From Trichoplax adhaerens (Eukaryota > Animalia > Placozoa): 64,000 nt of DNA. Made by a program: the position numbers and the translations under genes. Location of the stretch: positions 2,251,454-2,315,453 of the forward strand of contig NW_002060946.1 in the NCBI RefSeq assembly GCF_000150275.1, written 5' to 3'. The notes beneath the pieces are model-generated. The model worked only from the letters and a program-made list of their open reading frames with translations. It was not told the DNA's origin and did no database searches. This document shows positions 27,101 to 40,300 of this stretch, one piece after another. How positions within the stretch are numbered: the stretch's first letter is position 1; the number at the start of each line of letters is the position of its first letter.

Positions 27101-30100
27101 CTTACAGTACCTACTAATCTTAACTTGGAATGTCCATCACCGTAAATTAGTTATCATAATGTGCTATGGACCATTAACTAATCTTAATATAGCATTTCAT
27201 CCGCCAAGTCATTATTGAAATGTAGTATTCTACAAGCATAGCTGTGAATATAGTAGTGCCTGGCTATTACCGGGATATAAATAATGTCGGATGGTAATAC
27301 TATCTGTTAATTATTAACAAATAAGTACATTATCGTAATCCGTCAGGAAAGCGACGTGAATTTTGTACTAGTCTTTTTATAATTTAAATCACTGCGATTG
27401 CAACTCACTTATGGTAGATTGTTGATTATCGTAGAAAAGTTCCGTGATAGGACATATTGTAATCTGACAATTTATATTAGTTATTCGATGTCTATGTTCG
27501 TAAATACTGCTGTCTTCATTAGGTAGCAGTAGATAAAATTAGCTTTCAATTCATTAGCAGGCTTCAATGTTAATATTACTAACTAGGATGTCTTTGCTAT
27601 TGTAGAAGAATATATAAATGCGAAAATATCGTATAACAAAGAGAGTTCTTAAGATTAGTGTTTAACGTAAGATACGAGCGTCTAAGTCTTTTTGTAGTCT
27701 ACTCGTGCAGGAAAATGTTCCTGAAAGAGTAGATATTGCTCCCTGATATGTGGTTCAGGGAAACGGCTTATGATCGTACATTACGTTATCTTCTTGCAAA
27801 GCTGTTTGTAATAGTCGTACAGTAAATTGAAGGGACTCCAAAACAGAAAATGACTAATGATATGAATGCAACAGTATACTATGGATATGATAAGTTGCTT
27901 TGTTGTGAATAAGCCTACTAAGGGTACAATAAACCAAGGCTTAATAGCTGTTCTTTTAATCATGAAATTACCATTCTACAAATTAACATAACGTTTGATA
28001 AAGTTTAAATTAGCTTAATGGAACAATTATACCTTGCAGTTGTAGTATGTGAACTTTTTCAACTCGTTCCCTTTTTTTGTAAGAAACATGACCCTACTCG
28101 TATGAAAATAATTATTCTTAAACATAAAGATAACGTCCAATTTGATTTATCTTCACTAAAAAGTTGGTCATTAGTTATACTTATTCGTTGGATATACGAT
28201 AGCTACATTTACTAACCGTCAGACCTTGAAATGATGATTCCTTAATTTTTTTATTAATGATTCTCATGATATGTGAGCTTCTGTAGGTAAATTCTAATAG
28301 TGATCGATTATTTTCCCTTAATTGAGTATCTGTAGCGTTAAGGGCTAACGCTAATGTCCACATAGCATCATATGTGTAAGCTTTTAAGTGGTCATGGATC
28401 TGAGTTATCCGAGGAATGGAGTGAAAATGCTGGTAAGTTTCCCATGTCGTCTAGAAATCGGTATCAATTACTATTAGTGAAAATACAAATGATACTATTA
28501 TAAATATTCAAGATTTTAACACTGTCATTATTTCCCGACAGTTATCTTGTATGAGGAGTAGTTTAACCACGTAAAGCTGATCAATAAATTTTAGATCGCT
28601 AACAGATAATATTGAATCGTATATATATACATATATATATGCACTGATACAAAATTTTGCAAAGCTCCATTAATAAATATTTGTGTAAAAAATTTTACCG
28701 ATTTTTCGTGCATGTACATAAATGACTTATTAAGAATCCGCAAGCACTCCATAGATAGAGTGAGAGCAAAAAAATATGTCGATTTATTTTAGGTCATGCA
28801 GTAAAAATGAAATAAATCAGATTGAAACAAAAAACAATCTCATCATCAATCGAAATATATAAGAAATTTAGGAAATATGGCTCTTTACTGTCAAAATGAT
28901 GGCTAAATTTGTTGATCAGTTAAAATAAAGAAAGTTTGAATAGGTAATTGACGTGCGTGAAACGAATTACGAACATCTCCAGTAATGCTGGGTTTTGCCA
29001 CTGATTCTTATAATAAATAAATTTTAAATATCGGATTTCAACATAGTATTCTTACCTTGCCAGATATTGTTTTCGTTACATTTTCATTCCGATTAAAAGA
29101 TCGATAAATTGCAAAAGAATATTTAACGACCTCGAAAAGTTGTTCCGTAGTACAATTAACACTTGCAACATCTTCATCAGCAATATGATACCATCTTTCT
29201 GGGTAATAGCCAGGAAATATCCAAATATATTTCTTTCCATAGATTTTACTATAATAAGCCTAAAAATTTTTCATAGTTTAATAATCTACTGAAATCTTCA
29301 CAATTAACATTTAAATTTTCCTCACCTTGCATAGAAACTTTTTTAAGCCAGATAGTTCCATAACAGTTATTATAACTCTAATCTGCTTAGACTTTATTGT
29401 TTGATCCGCATAAAAAATTCGTAAAAGTGTGGATTAGAATTATTTATTTAATCTAGACTGCTCCATATCAGTAGTATACAGTGAGCAGAATAATTCCAAT
29501 ATACTTTACTAAGTGCTAAACAAAAATAGTATTTTAGTGGTAAACTTAAAACTTGATAAATACATCTTCGCTGTGGTAGCGAAATCTTACCCTATCAAAA
29601 GATAAACAATTCTTACTATTTTTAGTTAAAGCTGTAATATGACGCAAAATCGATGTCTGATATGATCTACCTTAATATTTTCTATCGCATGATCATATAT
29701 TTGGAGCACTCCCAGTGAAGATCCTACTGTTACATTGCTTTCTCGTAATCGATTAATTAACAGACTTGCTGTCTATAACATGAAATTTCGACGTAGAACA
29801 TAAAAAAATTTTCCTTCAAAACTTGTAACGTTTGACGTAAGACATATTGATTGATATAAAATTAGTTATTCTTCTAAAATTTCAGTAGTGTATTGTAAAA
29901 TCATTGTTATAGAAAGAGAAATTTGCGCACGTTACTACGACCTAGCCATCCTAATAGATACCAAATTTTACTCATTATAGTACAATTACCGGCGAATAAG
30001 TTGAAGAAATATCGTAAACAACGGCGATGTTACTCCAGTTGAAATGCTTTACGAAAGTAATTTGAGCTTCGATGTAAGACGCATCCGATAATGTAGTACG

Positions 30101-33100
30101 ATAAAAATAGGGAAATTTGTCTCGATTATTCATAGTAACAGAAACTGAACTGGAAGATATCTGAGAAGAATAAGAAAATTCCAGTAGTCATTCACTCTAA
30201 ATCATATCAAGAAGAATTCTGTTATAATATCGAACATACAGCAATAAAAGAAATGATACAAATAATTTACAATTTGTATGGTTATTTTTAGTTCATAATT
30301 GACTTAAACAGTAATTATCCAATCATTAGTATCTGTATTATATAATTGCTACTGTAAGATGGTGCGTCTATGCAGACTTGAATTCGTCATTTATATCATA
30401 ATTATCAGTAGTTTAATACATTCAATTGGTATTAAAAATGGATCTATGATGTATTCTGACGACAATGAAGTAAAAACTATCTTTAATGATTGTGTAGATA
30501 ATCAAGAAAAACAAATTTCGATAGAGATATAAGGCAATTTACGTAATGATTCTTCAATACATTACCGTTGCCAAGTTCCAGTCCTTCGTAGTTAAGCATA
30601 CGACTTCGGAGACACTAGATGCGAGTAATCCAATAATGCCATATTTTATGGGTTTTTCAGCCACCATATGAATGAAATCATTGACGGCAGTTCCTGCGTT
30701 GAACTAAGAAAGGACATAGCGTACATATTTTTAAACCTCTTTTACTTGTAGTATCTTTATACACATATAAATATTCCAACGTTACGCTCATGTAGCAAAA
30801 ACATTGATTTTTACAGTATATGGTTGCTATAATAGCCTTAATGTCAGGCGTGTAATATCGAAAAACTGAGTTATATAGATTTAATTCAATTTAATTAATT
30901 AAAGATATGTCATTTCTGCTGCAATTTTGGGGTTTAAACAAAGAATAGGGCATAGTGTTGTCACAGTTATCAAAATAACTTGGATATGGAATAGTAGTTT
31001 ATGATAACATTTTGTTTTGAAATGTTTAGAAGTATGAGCTACTACTTTAGGAATTGTTATTATTAGTAATAGCCTAAGTTATTATGATATTATGATGATA
31101 TCGTAATATGTTACAAGTATGTATCGAGAATATAGGGGCTTGACAGGGCTTACAGTCGAAGTAGATTTACGTATGAAATTGTTTATTACCTCGAATGTCC
31201 GTATTTGAAAATTCAATGGTATTAACGTGTTTGTTATTGAAATATGTTAATAGCATAATAAATATGTTTATAATTATTGAAAGAGTATATAATAAGGACT
31301 GTGATCAATAAAAAGCGATCCAGGTCAAGGCTAAGTGGTGTGATAGCTTTACATCGTATATTGTGTTGAACAAGTTAGTTACTATTCGTATAGTAGCTTT
31401 AATATCAGCCGTGTCATGGGAAAGGACTGAGCTATCTAGGTCTAAAGATATGTCGCTTCTACTGTAATTTCGAGACTAAAACTAAGAATGGAGAATAGCG
31501 GACCTTTTTAAAATCTCTTTTTACTTATACTATGTATCTTTTGACCTATATAAATATTCCAATGCTATGTAACTGTGTAATGTAACTAGTATTGTGATTG
31601 TAGACTATTAGCCATGTTTAGTATAATGTACGGTAGATATTTATCCTAAGAGATATTTGGTAGCTATAACTATAGACTGTAGTGGTAAAGACTCTATGCT
31701 AGAGTACAGATGGCTATATACAGTAAGGTGTTGAGTTACTAATAAGGCTATAGGTAAAAATAGAACTGTAAATCATATGTATTAAAGGACTAAAAATAGA
31801 GTACTTTATAGCTTTTAGTATGTAACCAGTACTATTTTACTATAAAAAATACCTAGAAAGTGATAGCGTTCTTAAGTTTTACCCTACCAAATCATCATGT
31901 CGCCATCTTTTCTTCTTCATTATTTTACAAGGTATTATATAAAGATTACTATAGAAGTAGCCCGAGAGCAATTGCCTAATCTAAAGAAAGGGAGTTTGAT
32001 CGTCTATTCAAATTGTAAAGGAATTTGACTTAGTAGCAAAACCCTATCCTTAGAAAAAGGAGATTTATAACATGACGGTAAAGTACTGTAATGTAGTCTA
32101 TAATCGTACAGTTACCGTACAATCTGACGCTAAAACATCAACTGTCAATACTCGCGAATACTCAGCGATACTAATATCAGAAAAATAGTCGTAATAGTCA
32201 TATAAATTTTTTTGATAAGCGATTACTGTGATCTTTATAAAAAACCGAATTTTTCGGATTTCGGAACCGGTCGGATTTATGTCCGATATAATTTTCCTGT
32301 TTTAATTTATGTCTGATATAATTTTTCTGTTTTAATTTTTTGGGGATTTTTGTTCATGAAAAATATCGTAAGAGTTGGTTTTTGAAATTTATAACTTTTT
32401 GCTATGAATTTGAAACTTTGAAATTTTATGACGTGACTTGAAGTCACATTAGGAGAATTTAGTGAGGAAAATAGAATATAAGATGGAAATTGGCAGAGGT
32501 TGTGTTGATTTTAAGTAGTTAGGCTGTTGTTTTTATGACTAAATCTTGATGTTTAAAGGTTGATTTTTAGACTTTTATAGTGTATTAATGATAGAAATTA
32601 TGTTAGAAGTGAAGTTTGATGTATTTTTATAGTTAGCTTTTTAGTTTTATAGTGTTTTGTAAGGGAATCGTAGGGTAAATTGTGTCTGAACTTTGAATGA
32701 TTTTTGTTTTCTTAAATGGTGCAAAGTAGTTTTCTAAAACGGATCTTAAGAGCGATTGGTTAGCAAATGTTTAGTTTTAAATACCTCTGACGGCTCTACG
32801 AAGCCTATGAATGATAGTGCAATTAGAAAATTTAGAGGGAGAGTAGAAGAAGATTTTATTTGAAGAACTTGTTGAATTTAAAAGGCCTTCGGGGTCGAAT
32901 TGTCGTAAGTTAAAACGTTCTTCTTTTTGAAAGGTTGTTTGGTCGTTGACAGTTTTTAAGTCTGTCATTTATTTTAATAATACTTAAAGCTAAGTATTTG
33001 TAATGTTGTTCGGTTTATACTTCTCTCCATTTTTTTTTGTAATAAATTGTTGTTCGGTTATTTCCCCAAATTTTATTAGCGTTAAGTCGACCGGAGTGCA

Positions 33101-36100
33101 ACGAAAGTAGAATCAAAGTTTGTTAAAGTTTTGTAGCTTGCTCTCTACACATTTCATTTCATTACACATATATTAGGATATGGTTAATTCATTGTACTTT
33201 GGCTGGTGTGAATATTGTCTACGTAAGTACTGCAGTCGTATCCATATCGGATTAATGATGGTCCGCAGTAGAATAGTCTTACTAAGAATAATTTAACTGT
33301 GTGTAAAATAAGGTAAAAGGTTGCCATGCGGATTGTAGCTGCGAATGCTACGGAAAGTATAAAAGCATGGAACTTTAGATTATTCTGTTAGTTCGTTCTA
33401 GAAGTCTTTAGAAGTAGTATTGGGCTAGAGTAGAGCTGTGTGTAGTTAATCTTTGTATAAGATTCAATAAAGCCCTTATTTTTCTAAAATTTGGAATTTC
33501 GTGATTGGTATATATCACAAACTGTTACTGAAAATTGATTTTTAGAGTATACATCGCTATAATAGTATTAACATGAAGCGTGCAATAGGAAATGGGTAAG
33601 CTAAATAGATTGAAAATTATGTAGTTAAGCGGGTTTATTTATACACCGCAAAACTGGACACAAATCTATAGTAGTATACTCGCTACTTTAATTACGCATT
33701 ACCAAATAAATTGTTCATTTGATCGCTATTTGCATTTAGAACCTTTGACAACACTATATACCGTCTAATTGTCAAAGATACAGCTGGAGAGAAATCGATT
33801 TCGAAAAATAGAATGCTATCACAAGTGATTAATTAAATGGTGAGCCGTGATATTCTACAAAAATACATTATGTTTAGCTATATCAGCAACTTAATCACTT
33901 TAATTTGCAGGGAAATAAGTAAGTTTGTTTTACTAGGATAAAATTGATGATCAGAAAGCATAAATCTAAGACATCGTTGGCATAATTATTGTTCTCTGGA
34001 CAAATAAGAGATGCTTAGAATAGAGTGAACTTTACGTTATTGCTTAGCCCGTTTGAGGTGTTAGTTTAAATTAGTAATTTATACCCTAAAAATAGTTAGA
34101 GCCTTCTTTGAAGTACTAGTATAAGCGTATCTTCGAATCTTCTTGAACTATAAATAAGAATTTCAAGTTACAAACCTAGAATGGAGAATGTAGTTAAAGT
34201 ATAGAGGATGGAAGAAAGATATGAGAAGGGCTGGATAATTAAATTTATAGAGGTCGTTGATAAAGAACTACAGAATAAATCTACAATTAATCTGTCATTG
34301 AAAATCATTTAAGCAGGTGTTAATCTTGATTCAGATTACATTGACTTTCAACTTGATTCTAAATTAAATGAGATTTGCTTCCCTGAAAATTTACACAGTT
34401 TAATAACTGTCACTTTTATAAGCATTGGCATAGCGATTTATTATGAATATTTCAATTCATGTTATGATCGATTCTTAGAGTAGAATCATTGCCGAAGCAA
34501 TGCTTAAATTAATTCATTATCGCTCTTTTGTCTTAACGTAATTCTCAAAGCAGTCAGCACGGCCATGAACATGGCTACGAATACAAGGTTTAGGATCTAA
34601 CATTATCTAGCAGATGCAACTATATGCGTTAAAAAAGGCGAATTAAATTTGTGTTATTGTGTATGGCAAAGTATCATAATGGATGGATGTGATCTTTGAG
34701 CGTAACAATAGTTTTGATAAAGTCATTCAGTAAGAAATTATCTAAGAGATAGATAAAATAAAATCTATAGATGTGCAACGTAAACAATAAATCACATAAA
34801 GGACATTATCCTACATGATTTATGCATTCTGACATCGTCAAGAAATATCGATGACTACAGGAGCATATTTTAAGAATTAAATCACTAGCTAATTACCGCT
34901 ATATAATAAAAAAAGATGTCTTCAATTAGACTTATTTTCCAGTAAAGTAGGAAAAGATTATAACGCACACAATGTAATAAATTTAATATATTTTTCAATT
35001 ACAATGATATTTAATGTCATTAAAGGTCTACAATTAGTATAACTACCTTAGATTTAAGTTGGCTCCATTTAATAGATATGATAGGAAAAGATCGATTGGA
35101 AGGCAAGGAATTGATATAGCATGAGCATCCACATGTATTATGATAGATATTTGTAATAAAATTTATAAACTCTACGTTTAAAAATGCACAATCATCCCTA
35201 TATTTAGGATTAGAATACTAAGATATCATTGTGTAAAATAAGTGTAAAGAATTTCCATAGTTACGTAAGAATGTAAAACTGCTACAATTTATTGTCAAGT
35301 ACCAAATAATTCATAATGTAAAATTAATAAAAGTATTTATTGATGATAAGTTATGCATATTCTAATTCATTAAATAAATGACACTTATAAAGACATAAAT
35401 GATTATATGCGATGACTTTTAATTAATTAATAAATGATGGATGTATTGTAGGTAAGGTTAGTAAATATTAGACCGTCATAGTTATAAAATATGGATTGCA
35501 GCCATGAAAATAGTTTTACTTCGCATCTATAGCTTAAGATAACTTTTTCTTTTTTACTTATTACAAATATAAAATTGCTACAGTAGGAGTTCTTGCTCTT
35601 GGTAGTAGCAAAGTAAATCGTTATGATACCGTGATACTATGATACTTTGATAGAATAGTAATATATAATAGATAGGAGGTTTAAACTAGGAACACCCGTA
35701 AAGAATAAATCGTATGATAATAAATTTAACTCTGATATTGCGATTTAAATTGGTAAGATATGATCATGATTCTAAAAGTAAAGCTGTAACTAATTCTATA
35801 TAAATCATAAATTCTGTTGTCGATAGTCATTTAGTTAGTGGGTAGTTTTAGATATCGAGAAAGTACTCATTAGTTATTTGTTACACGAACTGATTTCACA
35901 GTTAAGCAATATTTCATAAGAACTTGAAAAGTTCTTGTTTATAGCATATTTGAGACATTTGTCCCAATAAAATATCTAAGCATTAATGATCATCAGCTAT
36001 ACACTTGTCTAAAATTGATTAACATCTTCAAACTCAGAAAGTGTTAGCTTGCTCTTGTCTCTCAAGAAATGACTACGGTGCTAATATACTTATAACTAAT

Positions 36101-37342
36101 TAATAGTCATTGATGGAGCATAATGTATTAACCTTTTATGATAGATTTTCAAAACCGACAATCGTTTGTAAAGCTGGTATATCTTTAATTGCTTAACTTA
36201 CAGAACTTTGTATAAAGATGTACAACTATTAATTAATCGAAGAATAACGAGATAAAACAACTATTTAAAATTTACCGTAAACATAAAAAATATCCCCAAA
36301 CATTCTACATTATCCAGCGAAGCTAAACAGATCGAATAAATTTTAATCATAACACCAAAGATTGTCTATATATATATGCTATGACTTTTAAAATTGTAAT
36401 TTTCAAATTACGAACTTTGAGACTCATTGGATTGATTACTTATTAGCTTCAGTACGCATATTCTAACTTCTACCATGTGATAAAATCCTATCACAAAAAT
36501 TCAAATTGGTAGAAAATTAGAACTTTATTAGATCTAATACAAAGATTAGCTTCACATAGCTCTACTCCAGCAGAACGAGTACAACTACTGAAAGACTTCT
36601 AGAAATAAAAATCAGATAATTTTATGTCGTTTGCTGTTATACTCCCTGTAGCCTTCGTAGCTACAATCAGCATAGCAACATTTTACCTTATTTTACTGAT
36701 AATCAAACAATTAGTAGCAACACTGTTCTATCGTGGACCATCATAAATCCAATATGGAAATGATTTCAGTATTTTCGTAGACATCATCCCAATCATTCAA
36801 AGTACAATGAGGTGACCATATCCTAATATATGATTTACAGTTCTATTTGCCTCTAATCTTATTAGTAGCTCAATATCTTACATTTTATAGTCATCTGTAA
36901 TCTAGTATAGAGTCTATATCATCTGCAGGGGTATAACAGAGAATTATAAACTTTCTATACATGTTGTTATAAGAAATAGATTTGAATATAAATCAGCGAC
37001 GAATGTAAAAAATAATTGCATAATCTGAAAATTTTTAGACAAAGATTTAATACTAACTTATTCTAGTCCTACCTTAGTGTAATAAAATATCGCTTTTAAT
37101 CGATAATGTTTTAGCATATAATCCTTGTTGTTGATATCAGCTAACGCTTCCTTAACTGATTCTACTTGATCTAAGCCAAGATATCCTGTAACTGTTTCTG
37201 GGTATGGTAGGAAAGCAGCAATATGTATTTCTGTCTTATTGCTTATCGTTCGATGAGAAATGCTACGTATAGGTTTGATTAGTAGCAGTAAAGATATTTG
37301 TAGCAAAATAAATTTGGATTTACTGTTCAATATAATTTCCAT
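21163..37342 (-). CDS. GABA-B receptor-like class C GPCR, paralog 2 (complete, 822 aa; GABA-B2-like 7TM, C-terminal coiled coil)
   Basis: Exons (minus): 37073-37342, 30566-30703, 29990-30160, 29671-29772, 29326-29391, 29056-29259, 28217-28450, 28033-28093, 25090-25197, 24736-24886, 24278-24524, 24021-24143, 22031-22366, 21448-21609, 21163-21258. Total 2469 nt, open frame. Motifs: IRLSSPHLN, FGSLFAKTWRVYRIF, YKFLLLIFGSFLAFETR, LNDAKFIGFSIYNV, VFLPK. The last exon is the least certain; reading through the 21447 donor would stop at 21421. Confidence 0.93.
22380..22820. repeat. Tandem repeat, about 155 bp x3
   Basis: gatcagaa..catgaaatt...tatcaacatctct...gatcaattaagaa at about 22396, 22550 and 22703. 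Confidence 0.8.
23080..23523 (+). mobile_element. Solo LTR (444 bp) in paralog 2 intron 12
   Basis: TGTCAC...TGTGATA ends, perfect TSD AGTAT, TATATAAA at about 23348, AATAAA at 23371. Shares U5-like motifs with family A. Confidence 0.85.
25354..25907 (+). mobile_element. Solo LTR, family D (554 bp), in paralog 2 intron 8
   Basis: TGTAAC...TGTGATA ends, perfect TSD GGATA, TATATAAA at about 25719. Homologous to 42379-43357. Confidence 0.85.
25990..26430. repeat. Tandem repeat, about 105 bp x4
   Basis: gtgactattt...catacagtatag...ttaatcatt...aaaattttgc recurs. Confidence 0.7.
26467..27813 (+). mobile_element. Diverged family A solo LTR split by a 0.72-kb insertion
   Basis: 26467-26649 matches the family A 5' part and 27372-27813 matches the remainder (net about 625 bp). 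TSD GTCAT/GTCGT (4 of 5). Confidence 0.82.
26650..27371 (+). mobile_element. Insertion in the LTR; candidate non-autonomous Helitron
   Basis: 5' TC, 3' CTAG, inserted between A and T, no TSD. Hairpin CGTC-aggaaagc-GACG (27341-27356) lies 11 nt before the CTAG. Confidence 0.45.
31576..33519 (+). mobile_element. Solo LTR, family B, interrupted by a 1389-bp LTR
   Basis: TGTAAT...ATCACA ends, perfect TSD AACTG, TATAAAA at about 33358, AATAAA at about 33466. Confidence 0.9.
31778..33166 (+). mobile_element. Long solo LTR, family C (1389 bp), nested in family B
   Basis: TGTATTAAA...TTTCATTACA (imperfect inverted ends), 4-bp TSD CATA. The empty site gtaaatCATAtattagga is seen in the family B copy at about 36821-36840. 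AATAAA at 33041. Confidence 0.85.
36476..36920 (-). mobile_element. Diverged, truncated family B LTR
   Basis: Colinear similarity to about 19934-20380. One TGTGAT terminus is retained and the other end is missing. It lies about 150 bp into intron 1. Confidence 0.75.
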
Positions 37343-40300
37343 CTTAGAATTGGCCTAGTATATAGATAATAATTATAACAGAAATTGAATTAATAACATG
37401 CAATAGCTTAATTTTCAATCTTCTATAGAACACGCTGTATTACAAAGTATTTATGCAAAAATCGGTAGTAAAGTTAATCATATATTCTCTTCGAAAAACT
37501 TATAAGTGAAGTCTACAATGTAACTTACATATAATAGGCATAATTTATTTTCTGTGATGAATTTTATGTTAAATTATGGAGTGTAGTGATTTTCATGCTC
37601 GATACAACTACTGTGAAAACCCATCAGGATTTATGCTTTTACTATGATATGCTTTTGATGATTATGTTATTTATTTCCGTAAGCTTAATTTACAGAAGCA
37701 GGAATACACCATTCTAGGGCATATCGTGTAGAAATTATTAGACATACCTTTTCAAGGCTACATTACCTGACGCATATACATACATTTTAATTAGTTTAAA
37801 AAAATTATTACTGTATTTAACTACTATGCTCTACTAAAAGAAATTACAATATATAAATCTAATCTTATAGAAAAGTTATTAGTATTTGTCTGTAAGAATG
37901 ATCAATAAAATTTTATACGAGTACCTGCAATAAAACGTAATTACTAAAGGTTCAGCCTTGCTAAATTGTAAGAGTAGGATAATAGCGATCATAACGGCTC
38001 TTCTGACCTATATTTTACTAGTATATTACTGCTGTTTGCTTGATTATATTATTATTGAATTGGTTACGTTACTTGTTCCAAATGTAATTTCTTTAAGATA
38101 TGGGAACATTTGTACTCAAATTTAATTTCCCAGAAAATCATTAAATGATCAATTTTTAACCACTTTAATTTCGCTTACAATAGGGCAATGGCTCTATCAA
38201 AATTAGACAACGGCTATTTTTGACTTTACTTCAGAATTAATTTTTGAAGTCATCAAATGTGAATATCACTATTTAACCCTTTTACTCTATCCTGTTCTTT
38301 ACTTCTATAATTACGAGTCAGTATAAAAAATTTACGATCAAAAAAACTAAAATCTAGACCATCTCCATGAGTTGGATTTAAGATGGCCTTTATTGCTAAG
38401 TGCAGGACAATAGTAACATAGAGTTAAAGTAATGTAAATATTCCTTCGTACTTATTACTAAAATAAAGTCATTAAATAAGTGTTATAGCATGATAAGTTT
38501 ACTATCATTTCTTGAAATTTAGTCAGTAGAATAATCAATTACTATAAGAGATTACCTTATAATGGCAGCTTTCCTAGCTCAATAATAAAATTGCGCGCAG
38601 TAAATTAACTTAATAACTCTAAATCAAAGCTTTTTATAGACTCTGGTAGATTTCTTAATCTGATATGACTATAGTTACGTTAACAAGAGATCAGGGAAAT
38701 ATTTTTATGCGAAATACAATTGGCTTCAAATCTTGCAGCTTTATTATTGTAAAAATAGGATGTATAAAGTTCATGCAAATAGTCGATGCTAGCATAAGAC
38801 CAATGAGAATTATCGGATAACGAACCTGTTATTGAGATTTTAATGAAGAAACAAAGCAATTGTCTAGTAGCTTATTTTCAGTTATGTTAAACGCTTTTAT
38901 AATAATATCAAATATATCTTATTTCCACTTTTTAATATCAAAGCTTTAGAATCTTAGTTTTGGTCATGCGAACTAACAAATTCAGAAGATGATTTATATT
39001 TTAATATATAATTGGTAAAGATTGAAGATTTTTTGGAAGTTATTAGGAATTATAACTTGAAGTTTAGCTAATAAGTATTACTACCAATGTTATTGAATTA
39101 TCAAAATTAAGACAAATTTTTAAAAATTTATCTTCAAGATTACAATACTTGCTAAAGTTGACGATAAAGTAAATCAATAGTAATTATTTGTTGCATTTTA
39201 AATTATAACTAATATAAAAATGATAACATGAAAGAATAAAAGTCGACTTATTAAACTCTTTATGTGTCTATTCAAGAATAACTTGTATGAATTTTTAAAA
39301 TGCATTAATTTAGATTCTTCTATTGCTAGTCCATTTTCTATTATGGCATTCTTTAATAGAATGATAAGTAAACTAGCTATTTAAAGGATAATCTAAATCA
39401 GTTCGGTAAAGGTGTAATTTAAGTCAACAATAAGTATTGAAACATAATTATCGGCAGATGTTTTTACAATCCTATTCATTATTTTCCTCAAAAGGAATAG
39501 CGCTGTTAACCGTGAAATTATTCAACCTTCTATGTAACTTCAATACGTTATTTCATGTAATAGATGATCTTTGTCAACTACTAGTCCGAAACCATTCTAA
39601 AAAATTCATTGTTTGAAATCAAATCTATTGACGATGTTACGTTATAATAATTAGAATTGAAGTGCGCTCTAGTTCCAATTCCAAATGCGATACATTATTT
39701 GTTTTGGGATAGGCCCATTAAATAAACGTGGAGCCTTTTCTCATAAGGAGTATTTCCACATAAATTTAGCGTGAGACTTGCCAGTGAGTAAAGGAGTAAA
39801 ACGTATTGTAAAGCCTTATGAGCTATTTATATATACTTCCCTTCTCATTAGTGAACAAATCAGACCTTAGCATTAGAAAAATTCATTACCTAACTATAAT
39901 TTTAGCATTACTCATCGTAATATATCTTAAATATGATTGATAGGATAGCGATGAACATAAGATTTCCGATTTACGAATACAAGTTTTAGTAGTATTGTAT
40001 AGCAAATATCTAATAATTGCGTCAACTGTATAAACAGATGTTCAACTTTAGCTACTACGGAAATGAAGACATGTGTATATTTCGTATAATATGAGCTAAT
40101 GTTCACAAACTCTTCGGTATTAGATTATAGCTTCAAATATTATGGAAGAAAATACTAATGCGAAAGCATAGTTTGTATTGAATGATTCAGATAATTTTCC
40201 TACTATTGGACTGTAATCTAAATTATTCCATCTAGTCAAAAATCTAGTCCTAACAAAATTTCACTGTGATCTCAGCCAAAGCAGAATTTAAAAAGGCTTT

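Noticed and set aside
30990-31416. Another solo-LTR candidate (TATA at about 31287, AATAAA at about 31307, ends GTGTCA)
   Set aside because: No convincing TG start with a matching TSD could be fixed.
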